A stretch of 64,000 nucleotides of DNA from Malacoraja senta (lineage: Eukaryota). The stretch lies in assembly GCA_038087875.1 (NCBI GenBank), contig CM075977.1, positions 375,100,001 through 375,164,000 on the forward strand, given 5' to 3'. Below are positions 13,776 through 25,434 of this stretch, piece after piece (within the stretch, counting starts at the first letter, position 1; the number at the start of each line of letters is the position of its first letter). The translations under genes and the position numbers were made by a program. Under the pieces are notes generated by a model. The model saw only the letters and a list, made by a program, of their open reading frames with translations. It was not told where the DNA came from and searched no databases.

Positions 13776-13949
13776 CTGACAGCCCATTCTTCATGTGTGA
13801 GCCTAGACCGCGAGTGCCAGCAGGCTGCTTGACAGGAGCGATGGTGGTGAGGAAGGCGAGGGGAAGTGGGGGTGGAATACTGGTGATGTGGGGAATGTCA
13901 CACTGAAGTATTCCAGCATGGGTCGCCCCCCCCCCCTCCCCAATTTACA
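13776..13949 (-). CDS. Candidate last coding exon (or internal exon) of an unidentified minus-strand gene
   Basis: Long pyrimidine tract ending ccgcctttcattctcttcag|TGTAAA, in non-repetitive sequence, with an optional donor CAG|GTGAGC at 13776. Phase 0 reads CKLGRGGGRPMLEYFSV...LLALAV*. Phase 2 reads VNWGGGGGDPCWNTSV*. Phase 1 stops immediately. No homology recognised. Confidence 0.35.
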
Positions 13950-14615
13950 CTGAAGAGAATGAAAGGCGGTTCCTAAGCATTTTAACGAGAGAAAGGACGG
14001 ACACCAGAACCAAGAATGCAAACCAACAAATTATTTCCAAATACAGTCAATTATTGGCAACTGACTTTTATAAATGGTTCTCTCCTCCCAGCTACTTAAC
14101 ACCTTAACACTTTCACCATCCACCTCTCCTTAAAAGACTCGCCCATGATTCCTGTTCTTGGACATGATCATTTTACTCCTAATTTCACTTTTCTCTTCAA
14201 TAGCATCAACCCCCAAAAATGCATGCAATTCCCTGCAATTGCTTGTACATATAACAGAAATCAAGTTTCCACCCCATGATAATAACAAAACACTCCTGTT
14301 CAAAGTTACATATAGCAACCTCTATCAATATGACCACAATGCACTCTCATTTTTGGATCCCCACAGCCTTTGAGACAACTGACCACTCCCTTTTAAAAGA
14401 CTACTAAAGCAAGGACATCCCAAATGGGGTATTCTTTTGCATCAAGAGTTACCTCAGTAATATCCGATCAGTAAGTGTTCCTTGTCAATACGGCTTCCCT
14501 TGGTGAAATCGTCTGCAGACACAGGGTGACCTTCCTCAGTGGTTGTGGATGATTTTATATTCTGCCAGATCTTTTGCCCTTTTCATTATCTTTGTACCAA
14601 CTGATTGATACTCAT

Positions 14616-14735
14616 ATGTACCCAGTCTGAAGAAGGGTTTCGGCCCGAACCAGTCTGAAGAAGGGTTTCGGCCCGAAACGTTGCCTATTTCCTTTGCTCC
14701 ATAGATGCTGCTGCACCCGTATTTTTGTGTACCTA
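14616..14735 (+). mobile_element. PLE-derived unit with a tandemly duplicated hammerhead-like core
   Basis: (CCAGTCTGAAGAAGGGTTTCGGCCCGAA)x2 at 14622-14677. TSD tgaYtgatactcat at 14602-14615 / 14736-14749. Confidence 0.8.
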
Positions 14736-15594
14736 TGACTGATACTCATGTTCATAAGTGATAGGAGTCTACTCCTACAGTCGATCATGTCTGACCTATC
14801 TCTTCTCCCAACCCCATTCTCCTGCCTTCTCCCTATAACCCTTGACACCAACACTAATCAAGAATCTATCTATCTCTGTCTTAAAAATATCCTTTGCCTG
14901 AGCCTCCACAGCCTTCTGTGACAATGAATTCTACAGATTCACCACCCTGTGACTAAAGAAATTCCTCCTGCTTCCTAAAGGAACTTCCTTTTATTTTGAT
15001 CCTTTTATCCTTTTATTCTAGTCCTCCAAATCCTGACATTTAAAATTCTCATCCTTATAGTTATAGTCTCATTCCTTCATTCACTGCAAACTTACTTTTC
15101 CTTACGGATTCCTCTGGGACTCTTCTCCATTATCCTGGGCCTTCAGAGCACCTCCCCGTCATTTGATGCGACTACTACAAGCAGCCAGACTTCTTGAGCA
15201 TAGATTCTATCTCTCAAATATTGTAGATCTCTGGTCCCACCACTCCCTGCTTGACACACCTCTACCTTCTTATACTTTTACTTGCACTGTTATTCTGATC
15301 TGGGTTCGCCTAAATCTGTAAAATTAGTAAATACATTTGTTCTCATTGCTGTCATTGGAAGATTCTGCTTTGATCCAATAATCTTTTTAATGATAATAGT
15401 ATTTAAAAAAAATTTAAAACTGGAGATGTTGTGAATCTGACATAAAATTCAGTTTTATTGAAATTCAATAGATCCATCTCACCTCCACTAGTAGTATAAT
15501 GAAGACTAATTACCCATGACACAACCACACTATCATTCCCCACATGAGTATATTTAAGCTCCAAATATTTGCTATAATGTACAAGCTTGATATC

Positions 15595-16140
15595 TTGATA
15601 TATAAGCCCAACTCATCCATGTCGAACAAGATGCCCCATCTAAGCTTGTCCCATTTGCCAGCATTGGGCCCATATCCCATTAAACCTTTCCTATCCACGT
15701 ACATGTCCAAGTGTCTTTTAAATGCTGTTATAGTACCTGTCTCAGCTACGTCGCCTGGCAGCTCGACCTACATACCCTATATGCACCTATTGTTCCTATT
15801 AATCTTGACCTTCTCTTCTTAAACCTATGTCCTCTGTTTTTGATCCCCTTCACCCTGGGTAAAAGACTGTGCATTCACCCTTTCTCTTCCCCTCACAATT
15901 TTATGTACCTCTATAAGATCACCTGTTAGTTTTCTGCACTCCAAGAAATAAAGTCTTAGCTTGTCCAACACCTCCCTACAGCTCAGAGCCTCATGACCTG
16001 GTGCCATCCTCGAAAATCTTCCCTGCACTCTTTCCAGTTTCATGACATCCTTCCCATAGCAATGAGACCAAATCTGAACACAATACTACAAATGTGATCT
16101 CACCAACATCTTGTACAACTGTAATATAACATCCCATTTA
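15595..16140 (-). mobile_element. CR1-clade LINE 3' fragment
   Basis: ORF 15825-16043 reads LERVQGRFSRM...LRLYFLECRKLTGDLIEVHKIVRG, followed by a CR1 tail. Confidence 0.85.
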
Positions 16141-16179
16141 TTTCATAAAAATTACACATCCTTTTAAAGATTAACGAAA

Positions 16180-17190
16180 CCAAGTAGGACCCGTTGGGCC
16201 CCGTCCCCAACACAATAATCCACCACTCACTCATTCCCCCAACGTAATCTGTTCCACCAGCACAATAATCCACCATTCACCCATAGCCCCCACTGGGGAG
16301 GCCTGGTCCCCCAACACAACCTGTTCCCTAACGTTAGATTCCACCACTCACCCGTTGGGTCCCTGTCACATGGGAGGCCTGGTCCCCAACGCAACCCATT
16401 CCCCAAGGTATGATTCCACCACTCACCCGTTTCCACAACGCAACCCGTACCCCCAATGCAATATTCCACCACTTACCCATAGCCCCCAACTGTGCAAGTC
16501 ATTTTAAACTTTAAGAAAAATGCTATTGCACTAAGATTTAATGTGATGTAGATGCCACCGATAAGGCCATCTTTTGTTATCCAAATCTAATGATTAAATT
16601 TTGCTGTGCTGGGTTAGGCTGGCAGATTCTTTCCCTGAAGGACATTTGCTGTGAAGGACTCAGTGTTCTGGGATAGAAACATTGTAGCCAGTAGGGTATT
16701 GTGATGCCAGTGCAGATTTGAAGAAATCCAACTTTTAAATGACACTTTAAAACTTTTCAATCTCCCCCACTGCATCCCTCTCCTTACAACAATGTAAAAA
16801 CACTCTCATAGCTTGTGTATTGGCAGCAAAGATCCCATTGTGATATCGTTTTCAGAATCTTCACGGCAGCTTGTGTAAATGAGATCCCATTGTGATTGGA
16901 TGACTGTGAGATGCCATTGTGACATCATCACTGGAAGCTGCTGGAAGAGTCTCCCTCTCAGGCAGTTATTATTTTCAAAGGTGGATTTTTTAAACTAAAT
17001 ATCTATAATGTGAAATATAACATCAAATCTGAAGGAAACTTGTCAGAATGACGACGGGGAAAAGCTGAGTAAGGTTCTGCACAAATTTTTGCGCTGTTGT
17101 GTACCGTTTTGGCGTAGTTCCTTGAGCTCACTCGCTCGCACGCAGACAGATAGACGTCCAAACAAGACAAGACTTTTAGTATAATATAGA
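16180..17190 (-). mobile_element. Non-autonomous Helitron with an internal minisatellite
   Basis: Minus strand begins a|TCTATATTATACTAAAAG and ends with the hairpin GGGCCCAACGGGTCC then ...CTTGG|t (CTRR-like end, AT target, no TSD). Tandem CCCCAACRCAA...TCCACCACTCACCC units lie at 16205-16490. Confidence 0.75.
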
Positions 17191-17789
17191 TATTCACTTT
17201 ACATTTTCACCCTGAATGATCCCTTCCAGGATAAATGTAAACTGCCAAGATGCTACTCTCTGTTATGGGGAGAAGGCAGGTAAATGGGGTTAGGAGGGAG
17301 AGATAGATCAGCCATGATTGAATGGCAGAGTAGACTTAATTATACTCCTATCACTTATGATCTTATGCTAAACTCTGTTCTTCCTCAAAAAAACATTGTA
17401 CCTCGTTCCCGCTCCCCACAATTCTTTAAAAGTTCAACGTCAATCAAGCTTTTTGACCCCTGCTCTAATATGTCTTTACATGCCCTGGGCTAATCTTCTG
17501 TTTGACAGAGTTCCAATGATATGCCGAGGGATATTTATAAATGCGTTAAAGTCACCATGCAAGTGGAAATCGGTGTTGATGTCAGTAAGATGGTGCGAGG
17601 GAATCCAGAAGAGAGGCTCGACAACTGAAGATTTGGCCTCCAGCAGAGGAGAAATTAAAATGAGTTTAGTTTAGTTTATCGTCACGTGTACCGAGGTACA
17701 GTGAAAAGCTTTTGTTGCGTGCTAACCAGTCAGCGGAAAGACAATTGAGCTATCCACAGTCTACAGATACACAAATGTTGCATTTTTAG

Positions 17790-19415
17790 TTTTGTTTAGT
17801 TTGGAGATACAGCGTGGAAACAGGCCCTTCGGCCCACCAAGTCTGTGCCGATCAGCGATCCCTGCACACTAACATTATCCTACTATCCCCAATTTACAAT
17901 TTTCACAAGCCAAATTAGAGTCAAGAGTCAAGTCAAGAGAGTTTATTGTCCTGTGAAATTCTTGCTTTGCTTCAGCACAACAGAACATAGTAGGCGTTGA
18001 CTACAAGACAGATCAGTGTGTCCATATACCATTATATACGTAAATACACACATGAATAAATAAACTGATAAAGTGCAAATAACAGATAATGGGCTATTAA
18101 TGTTCAGAGTTTTGTCCGAGCCAAGTTTAATAGCCTGATAGCTGTGGGGAAGTAGCTATTCCTGAACCTGGTCGTTGCAGTCTTCAGGCTCCTGTACCTT
18201 CTACCTGAATTATCCTGCAAACCTGTACGTCTTTGGAATATGGGAGGAAACTGGAGCACCCAGAGAAAACCCACGCAGGTCACGGGAAGAAGGTACAAAT
18301 AGCATCCATAGTAGGTATGTTACAAAACTTACTTTCAGCGGCGCTGCAGTTCTGTCACTGCCCGTGTGCACGACTTTGGCGCCTTTGAGAGGGGGGCGGG
18401 TTTAAAATGTGGTATTTCTCCAGCCTATTCAAATCGATTTTGAACAGGCTGTTTAGATGCTAAAGAAAAATTGCTTCGACATCAGTTTTATTAAATTTAT
18501 TTTAAACTGCACTGGATAATTTAATAGCAGGAGTAAATTAAAAAGCATATTCTAAAGCCGTCAACGCCGACAATGGGGACGGATTTAACGCACGGGACAG
18601 GTAAAAGAAAGCCGTTTATTTAACATATAAACTTGCTTCTTAGGATGTCTTTAATCAAAATTTTACGTTGCAAAAAGTTGATTATGTAAATATATGAACC
18701 GGCAGTATTTTCCCAGCCGATATGGGGTTTAAATTCACCGCAACGTTCCAAACGATCGCATTCCACAAAATCCCACTCGCAAGATGATTTAAATGGCCAT
18801 TAATTTACGGGAATTAAACACTAAATTCCTTCCATTTGGCCTATAAATTCATGACAATGAGATTTGAAAATCATGTTATATTGTGAATTCTTGTGTGAAT
18901 GTTATTTGGCACAGGCTATTTAAAAATGTTAATCTTTTCTTAAGAAATTGATAGATGTTTAGATCTAGTAATTGAATTTTGTAATTAGCTACAATTAGGT
19001 AACTAGCTAATTATATGCTTTAATTTCAGGTCATCCAAGTAAGATTGTTTCATATTTGTTTCAGAATGTTTCAATCTATAATAACTGAAAATTTCATTCA
19101 GTTCTCCTAATTTTTAAGAAAGTTATGGGCTTTTGACTGTCCTCGATCACAGCTTTTGAGTTTAGTCAATGGAAAAGCAATAGGGAACAAGATGCTAATT
19201 TCTGAGTATGAAAATGGCCATACTTTTTTAATACTGAAGATATGAAAGTGAATTAGGTGTCAAATTAAACTTCTTTTTATGCTTTATCTGATGGAATAAA
19301 TTGCAGACTTGATTTTTAAAATCTCAACATTTTGTAACATTGCTACCCATAGCCAGGATCAAACCTAGGTATCTGGTACTGCAAGGCTGCAACTCTACCG
19401 CTGCGTCACCGTGCC
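17790..19415 (-). mobile_element. HE1-like V-SINE split by a Rex1 3' end (17917-18208) and a TIR element (18311-19346)
   Basis: SINE pieces at 17790-17915, 18209-18310 and 19347-19415 join colinearly. The Rex piece encodes GRRYRSLKTATTRFRNSYFPTAIRLLN. Confidence 0.8.
18311..19346. mobile_element. Non-autonomous TIR DNA transposon, 1036 bp, superfamily uncertain
   Basis: 17-bp TIR GTAGGTATGTTACAAAA / TTTTGTAACATTGCTAC (2 mismatches). Perfect TSD CCATA (18306-18310 / 19347-19351). Removing it restores the SINE. Confidence 0.85.
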
Positions 19416-19830
19416 ATGCTACTGTTGGAGTAGAGATTTAAAAGAGTGGAGCAATTGTAATACGTGATTGCAGATCCACTTTAGTGACCAGCGCACAAAG
19501 AATCACCTGGCTTGGGCGCCATCTTGAAAATTGAGGAAGACAGGAACTGGAGGCGGCCAGACATTTTGAAATTCCGTAGAAGTAAAGGAAGTTATGGAGA
19601 TAGTACAAGTTGTGCCACATGTTTTAAAAATAAGAAACAAAAGAAGCCCCAAATACTAGCATGAACCTGTTGGCAAAATGATTTGAGTCTATGTAAATTA
19701 TCATGTAATGCATGCAATCTCAAAGTTGTCTAGGTATACCTTGCAACCACTTTAAGGTCTGAAGAAGGGTTCTGACCCAAAATGCCACCTATCGTTTTTC
19801 CCCAGAAATGCTGCCTGGCCTGCTGAGTTA

Positions 19831-20049
19831 TGGACCTGTCCCACTTAGGTGATTTTTTAGGCGACTGCCGGCGACTAGGACAATGGAATTCACCGAAGTC
19901 AACACCGGCGACAACCTACGACAGCACCTATGACAACCTATGACAACCCAAATTATCGCCACTGTCACCGAATATTTTTCAACATGTTGAAAAATTTTCG
20001 GCAGTCGCCTGAAGTCGTCTAAAAAAATCGCCTAAGTGGGACAGGCCCA
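19831..20049. mobile_element. PIF/Harbinger-type MITE inserted in a PLE unit
   Basis: TSD TTA. TIR TGGRCCTGTCCCACTTAGG. Internal palindrome at 19974-19995. It splits GCTGAG-TTA-CTCC of the PLE unit. Confidence 0.9.
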
Positions 20050-20679
20050 TTACTCCTGCATTTTGTGTCTGGCCACCTTATTAATCCTAGAGAGGATGCA
20101 CAGCTTGCTAATACACTTTTCAATATCTGAAGCTGACTGATTTCCTTTAAAAATGAGCTATTCAAAACCTCTTTTATCCTAGATGAAACTAATAAGTTTA
20201 GAACATTTTTACGTCCATCCTCATTAATATATAGAGTATAATGTATGAAATGTAACTAATTAAAAAAAATACAATAGATGAATAATGATGCAAGGAGAGA
20301 TGTTGGAGCTGAAGTTATGGAATTAAATGCATTAATTCATGACAATTAGACAAAAGCTCTATATAAAGAAATTCATCAAACTGGAGCTGCCCAGTGATTT
20401 CAGCAGTGATAAAGACAGCTCTCTCTCTTTAAAACATAATTTCCTTTGAATTGTTAATGGAATTAAGACTGACGGAAATTTCCCAGAGCCACAATGCCCC
20501 ATGAATAAAGGGTTAACAAAGTAAATGACAATTTTATGAATATTCAAATCAGAAATGAATATTTATTGCACTACAATCAAAATCCCCGAATAATGACAGC
20601 AACAGTTGCAGTCCCTCAGGGCTCATTGATGAGACAGTGACCAGAAAATGAGAGAGAAAGGGCACGCTGCACTTCCCAC

Positions 20680-20707
20680 CAAAGATACTAGAGCTATAGT
20701 ATCTTTG
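20680..20707. mobile_element. 28-bp micro TIR element (P-like or hAT-like)
   Basis: CAAAGATACTA-GAGCTA-TAGTATCTTTG (perfect 11-bp TIR), flanked by the perfect 8-bp direct repeat CTTCCCAC (20672-20679 / 20708-20715). Confidence 0.85.
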
Positions 20708-21380
20708 CTTCCCACAACTGGTTCGTCAGAAGACAACAGTACACCCAACAGGGTTGTTTTCAAAATGTAGAGAGACCGAAAATCTCAAGTCATGCATTAT
20801 TTGTTTCACAGCAGGAGATAGCGGAGAGGCTGGGTGATGATGCAAAACAGGCAACATCTGATGAGCTGCCTATTATACCCGGAAATTGGTAAGGACTTGA
20901 AAATCAGGAAAGGTGTACCACAGGTGCTTGATCTGATATCATTGTTTAACACATTCATATCATTGAAGATCCAGGAAAAGCTTCCATCTGCAAATCGGGA
21001 AAGGAACTCGCCCACAGATGGTGGAGGGTGTATGGAACGAGCTGCCGGAGGTAGTTGAGGCAGGTAGTATCGCAACATTTTAGAAACATTTGGACAGGTA
21101 CATGGAGAGGACAGGTTTAGAGGGATATGGGATAAATGCAGGCAGGTTGGACTAGTGGGGATGGACATGTTGGTCGGTGTGGGCAAGTTGGGCCAAAGGG
21201 TCTGTTTTCACACTGTATGGCTTTATGACTCTATAACGTATTACACGTAGACTATAGGAATTGTTCTTGCCAAATGTTCAAAGAAACATCAAGTCACCAG
21301 CTGTAATCAGGCAACGGAACAATCCTACCAACAACTAGAGAGCAGTCCTGAACTGCTATCTACCTCAATGGAGACCCTTA

Positions 21381-22137
21381 TGGGCCTGTCCCACTTAGGC
21401 GATTTTTCAGTGGACTTTCGGTGACTGTCAATTGCCGGCAGTCGCCTGAAAAACCGACAACTGGAACGGTGACTGTCAGAGTGGATCACACACACACAAA
21501 CACGTCGCTTCCTTCACCAGCCTGTTATGCAGGCGGGGGACAGGGGAAGCGGGGGGAGCGCTGTCTAAACAATTCACGTGGTGCAAAGCCAAGGTGAAAC
21601 AGACACACACCGCGATGAACAGGAAGGTTGGCGCTGTAAAAAGACGGCTAAAGCACAGTGTACGGTAAGTCCTTTAAAAGAGGGGGGAGAGGGGGGAGAA
21701 GGAGTGGAGACAACTTTTAAGAAGCCAGAAATACACCGCTGTGAAGCTCGGCGGACATTCAATATTACCGGTCGATTATCCTTGGTTCTGAAAACTACTG
21801 CTTACCTTTTTTTCCCCAATGAGCCAATGAAATTTACCTGTCAGCACCGGCTACAACCTACGAAACCTTTGTCCTCCTGGCGACCCATTGGGACCTCCTG
21901 GTGACCCATCTACAGCTTGTGAATTCTCGCTACTCTCCATGGCAGCTTCATTCTAGTCGCCGCTAATTTTTCATCATGTTGAAAAATTCACGGTGACCAT
22001 AATGAGGCTGCGACTAGTTCCCAGAATGCGTCAACTCCTCACGACCATGAAGGCGACTCCCCAGCAACCACCGACCATGTGGCGATTGCATTGTCTCCTG
22101 CAGTCGCCTAAACAGTCACCTAAGCGGGACAGGACCA
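21381..22137. mobile_element. PIF/Harbinger-type MITE (757 bp) inside a Rex1-type 3' UTR
   Basis: TSD TTA (21378-21380 / 22138-22140). TIR TGGGCCTGTCCCACTTAGG / CCTAAGCGGGACAGGACCA. Confidence 0.9.
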
Positions 22138-23210
22138 TTAGACTATCTTTGAATGGACTTTACTGGCTTTATTTTGCACTAAATGTTATTCAAGTTATTC
22201 CCATAATCATGTATCTGTACACTGTGGATGACTCAATTGTAAACATGTATTGTCTTTCCGCTAACTGGTTAGCATGCAACAAAAGCTTTTCACTGTACCT
22301 CGGTAAATGTGATGCTTAACTAAACTCAAACTCAGTCCCAGCAAGCCCATCCTTTATTTTACATTATATAGATTATTAGATATTAAAAGGCATCACGTGT
22401 ATGGGAAATATGCAAAAGATACACAAGGAAACAGGATAACAAAACAATTTCTCCGGATGCCAGGCATGGAGATGTTTGTTAAGGGATTGGCAAGGCAGTG
22501 GTTGTTTTCTTGCAGAGAAATTGGGAGATCTAATTGCAAATACAAGACTATGAAGGTTCTGAATAGGGTGATTTTTTTTTGCAGAGAGATCATTAATTCA
22601 GGTGCATAGATTTCAGTTCAGAATAGCGGTAGCGGTTCTGGAATGCACTGCCTGAAGGGGTAGTGAAAGCAGAAACCACGATCACTTTGAAAAAGTACTC
22701 TGACGAACAACTAAAGTGTAGTAACCAATTCTTCCTTGCATCATGAGCTAGAAAGTAGGATGTATCTGAACACCATTTTTAGTTCAGAATCAAAAAGGAT
22801 GTGTTACAAATTCCTACAATTTGTTGATTCAAGAATGGACAAAAACATTTGCCATTGACCTCCAAACACAATACTCCCCAAGAGCTCCAAATTCCCTTGA
22901 ACATCTTAATGGCAACCGGTGGGTTCATAAGAATTTAATGGTTCGGTAGCCCACACCAATAATGGACTTTTAAACAGGCACATGGATACGCAGGGAATGA
23001 AGGAATAAGGATCATGTTTAGTGCCACAGCATGGAAACAGGCCCTTTGGCACCCCAAATCCACACTAACCAGCAGTCATCCATACGCTAGTTCTATCCTA
23101 CACACTAGGGACAATTTGCAGAAGCCAATTAACTTACAAAAATCTGCAGGTCTTTGTAATGTGGGAGGAAACCAGAGCACCGAGTGAAAATCTACATGCT
23201 CACAGGGAAA

Positions 23211-23715
23211 TCAAGTCAAGTAAAGTCAAGTCAAGTCAAGTCAAGAGAGTTTATTGTCATGTATCCCAGATAGGACAATGAAATTCTTGCTTGCTGCAGC
23301 ACAACAGAATATTGTAGGCATGAATACAGAACTGATCAGTGTGTCCATATACCATAGAATATATATATATACACACATAAATAATCAAATAAAGTGCAAT
23401 ATGCTGTTATAGTTCAGAGTTTGTTTGAAGTTATGTTTAATAGTCTGATGGCTGTGGGGAAGCAGCTGTTCCTGAACCTGGATGTTGCAGATTTCAGGCT
23501 CCTGTACCTCCTACCTGATGGCAGCGGAGAGATGAGTGTGTGGCCAGGATGGTGTGGGTCCTTGATGAAGTTGGCAGCCTTTTTGAGGTAGCTACTGCGA
23601 TAGATCCCCTCGATGGTAGGGATGTCAGAGCCGATGATGGACTGGGCAGTGTTTACAACTTTTTGCAGCCTTTTCCGCTCCTGGACGCTCAAGTTGCCGA
23701 ACCAAGCCACGATGC
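23211..23715 (-). mobile_element. Rex1/Babar-type LINE 3' fragment inserted in a V-SINE
   Basis: ORF 23414-23851 includes CIVAWFGNLSVQERKRLQKVV...KDPHHPGH...GRRYRS...FPTAIRLLN, with a (CTTGA)n tail. Confidence 0.9.
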
Positions 23716-24329
23716 ATGTACAAACTCCATACATGTACAAACTGTTCCATTGGAAATGTACAAACTCCATACATACAGCACTCGGAGTGGGATCGAACCT
23801 GGGTTTCTGACGCTGTACGGAAGCAACTCTACCGCTGCGCCACATTACCACCCCAGAAGATTAATTGAGCCTGCGATTTTGTTTTAGCACGGACACGGTG
23901 GGCTGAGATGCCTCTTGCTGTGCTGTACTGTTCTATGTTTTAACACTAACAATGGAATACCAACTCACTGCACATATGGCTCAGGGCTCAGAATGCACCT
24001 GGGGCAAAGTGTTATCCAAGTAACATGATCTTTCACTGCCAGCTTTCACTGCTGCAGGGTATTGACAGCTCAACAATCGACTTCCAACCAAAACACACAA
24101 TCCAAGCTCAGCATCTGATTTTTAAAAATATAAATCTTAGTTTTTCATAGTTATCCTGTTACTAGTCCCGTGCCAGCCATCAGCAGGGGGCAACAAAGAT
24201 AGTTTTTGCCCAAAAATGAAGGTGATTGTTGTAGGGGTGAACACAGGGCTAGGACTGGCTGGAACAGCAAATGGAACAGCAAAAAGTCAATGTCAGCCAA
24301 TATCAAGGCTCTACCTTTCCCAAGTCTTA

Positions 24330-24639
24330 AGGGCCTGTTCCACTGTACGAGGTAATTCAAGAGTTCTCCCCAGTTTCCCTTGATTTGAACTCGGAGAATT
24401 ACGGTAAAATAGCCGTTCGTAGGTACTCGGGGCTCTCGTGGACATTTTTCACAATGCTGAAAAAACTTCATGAGTTACCGCGTTTCCCAAGTACCTGCCG
24501 TTAGCATTACGAGCCGCTACGAGACATCCACGAGCTCCGACATAGCCGCTACATACATTCTACATACTTACCACGAGTTTTATTTATTTTTTTAACTCGG
24601 GAGAGCTCTTGAATTACCTCGTACAGTGGGACAGGCCCT
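24330..24639. mobile_element. PIF/Harbinger-type MITE, second family, copy 1
   Basis: TSD TTA. TIR of about 34 bp, AGGGCCTGTYCCACTGTACGAGGTAATTCAAGAG. Confidence 0.9.
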
Positions 24640-25375
24640 TTAGATCCATGTTCTGCCATTGTTCTGTACCTTCTCATTCCTCTAGTTTCCCCCCCCCCCC
24701 CCCCGAATCTCAGTTTGATGAAGGGTCTCGACCCAAAACGTCACCTATTCCTTTTCTCCAGAGATGCTGCCTGACCCGCTGAGTTACTCCAGCATTTCGT
24801 GTCTATCAAGGGTCAGGCATGTAAGTGGCGGCTAGACAGAGAGACGAAGGCCTGTTAACAGCTGATGAGAAGGTACATCAGTGTAAATGTGCATCTTCCG
24901 GACAGACCGACTGCCGCAGGCAGAGGGAATGAAAAGCAAAGAAGTGTGGAGAAGCATAGTTTTCCCGAGCAGCCATTATTCATGGTAATTAAGGTTTGGT
25001 ATGACAGTTGTGAATAATGGATTATTTTCTAATTCACATTTAGTCATAATTTTTAAAAGGCTTATTTCTCCCCTCCTTTGGGTGTGACATTATATCTGGC
25101 AAGGCAGGTGACAAACAAGAAATCCATATTTCTTACCCTGGGAATGACAGCTCCCATGTGTCATTTCTCACTAAGCTATTAACACCAGTTATTTCCCTAA
25201 TTGCTCTGCCCGCACCCTCCTGCAGCGACTTCCCAGCTCTGGATGTGGGACAAGCAAGCTAACGCGCTCACAAACCTTGCCAATGCAGTCCCACTTCAGC
25301 AGCCAAGTGACACAGGAACACCTCTTCCCCTCCAGCCCATCCGCCCTACTTCCTAACTGCATGCAATGCCGTTAC

Positions 25376-25434
25376 CACCCCCTACCCCTACCGCTACCCC
25401 TCGTTGCCTTTGTGGGACCCAAGCCCAAATCATC
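25376..25434 (-). CDS. Candidate 59-nt alternative (cassette) exon of the minus-strand gene
   Basis: Acceptor gctcgttgtgtttctctgttcag|GAT and donor GTG|gtaacg. TGCATG lies about 11 nt downstream and another upstream. The sequence is repeat-free. Phase 0 reads DDLGLGPTKATRGSGRGRG. Confidence 0.4.

Noticed and set aside
14453-14512. Minus-strand 60-nt exon-like segment
   Set aside because: Weak pyrimidine tract and stops in all three frames.
16205-16490. Repeat-spacer-like array (also the 28-bp array at 11777)
   Set aside because: Not CRISPR: eukaryotic context, no unique spacers and no cas genes.
17509-17584. Plus-strand exon-like segment
   Set aside because: No homology and a weak donor context.
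20812-20888. Plus-strand exon-like segment (ttgtttcacag|QEIAERLGDDAKQATSDELPIIPGN|gtaagg)
   Set aside because: The splice signals are good, but it is isolated, has no recognisable homology and no compatible partner exon, and such pairs occur by chance in 64 kb. It is not excluded without RNA-seq.
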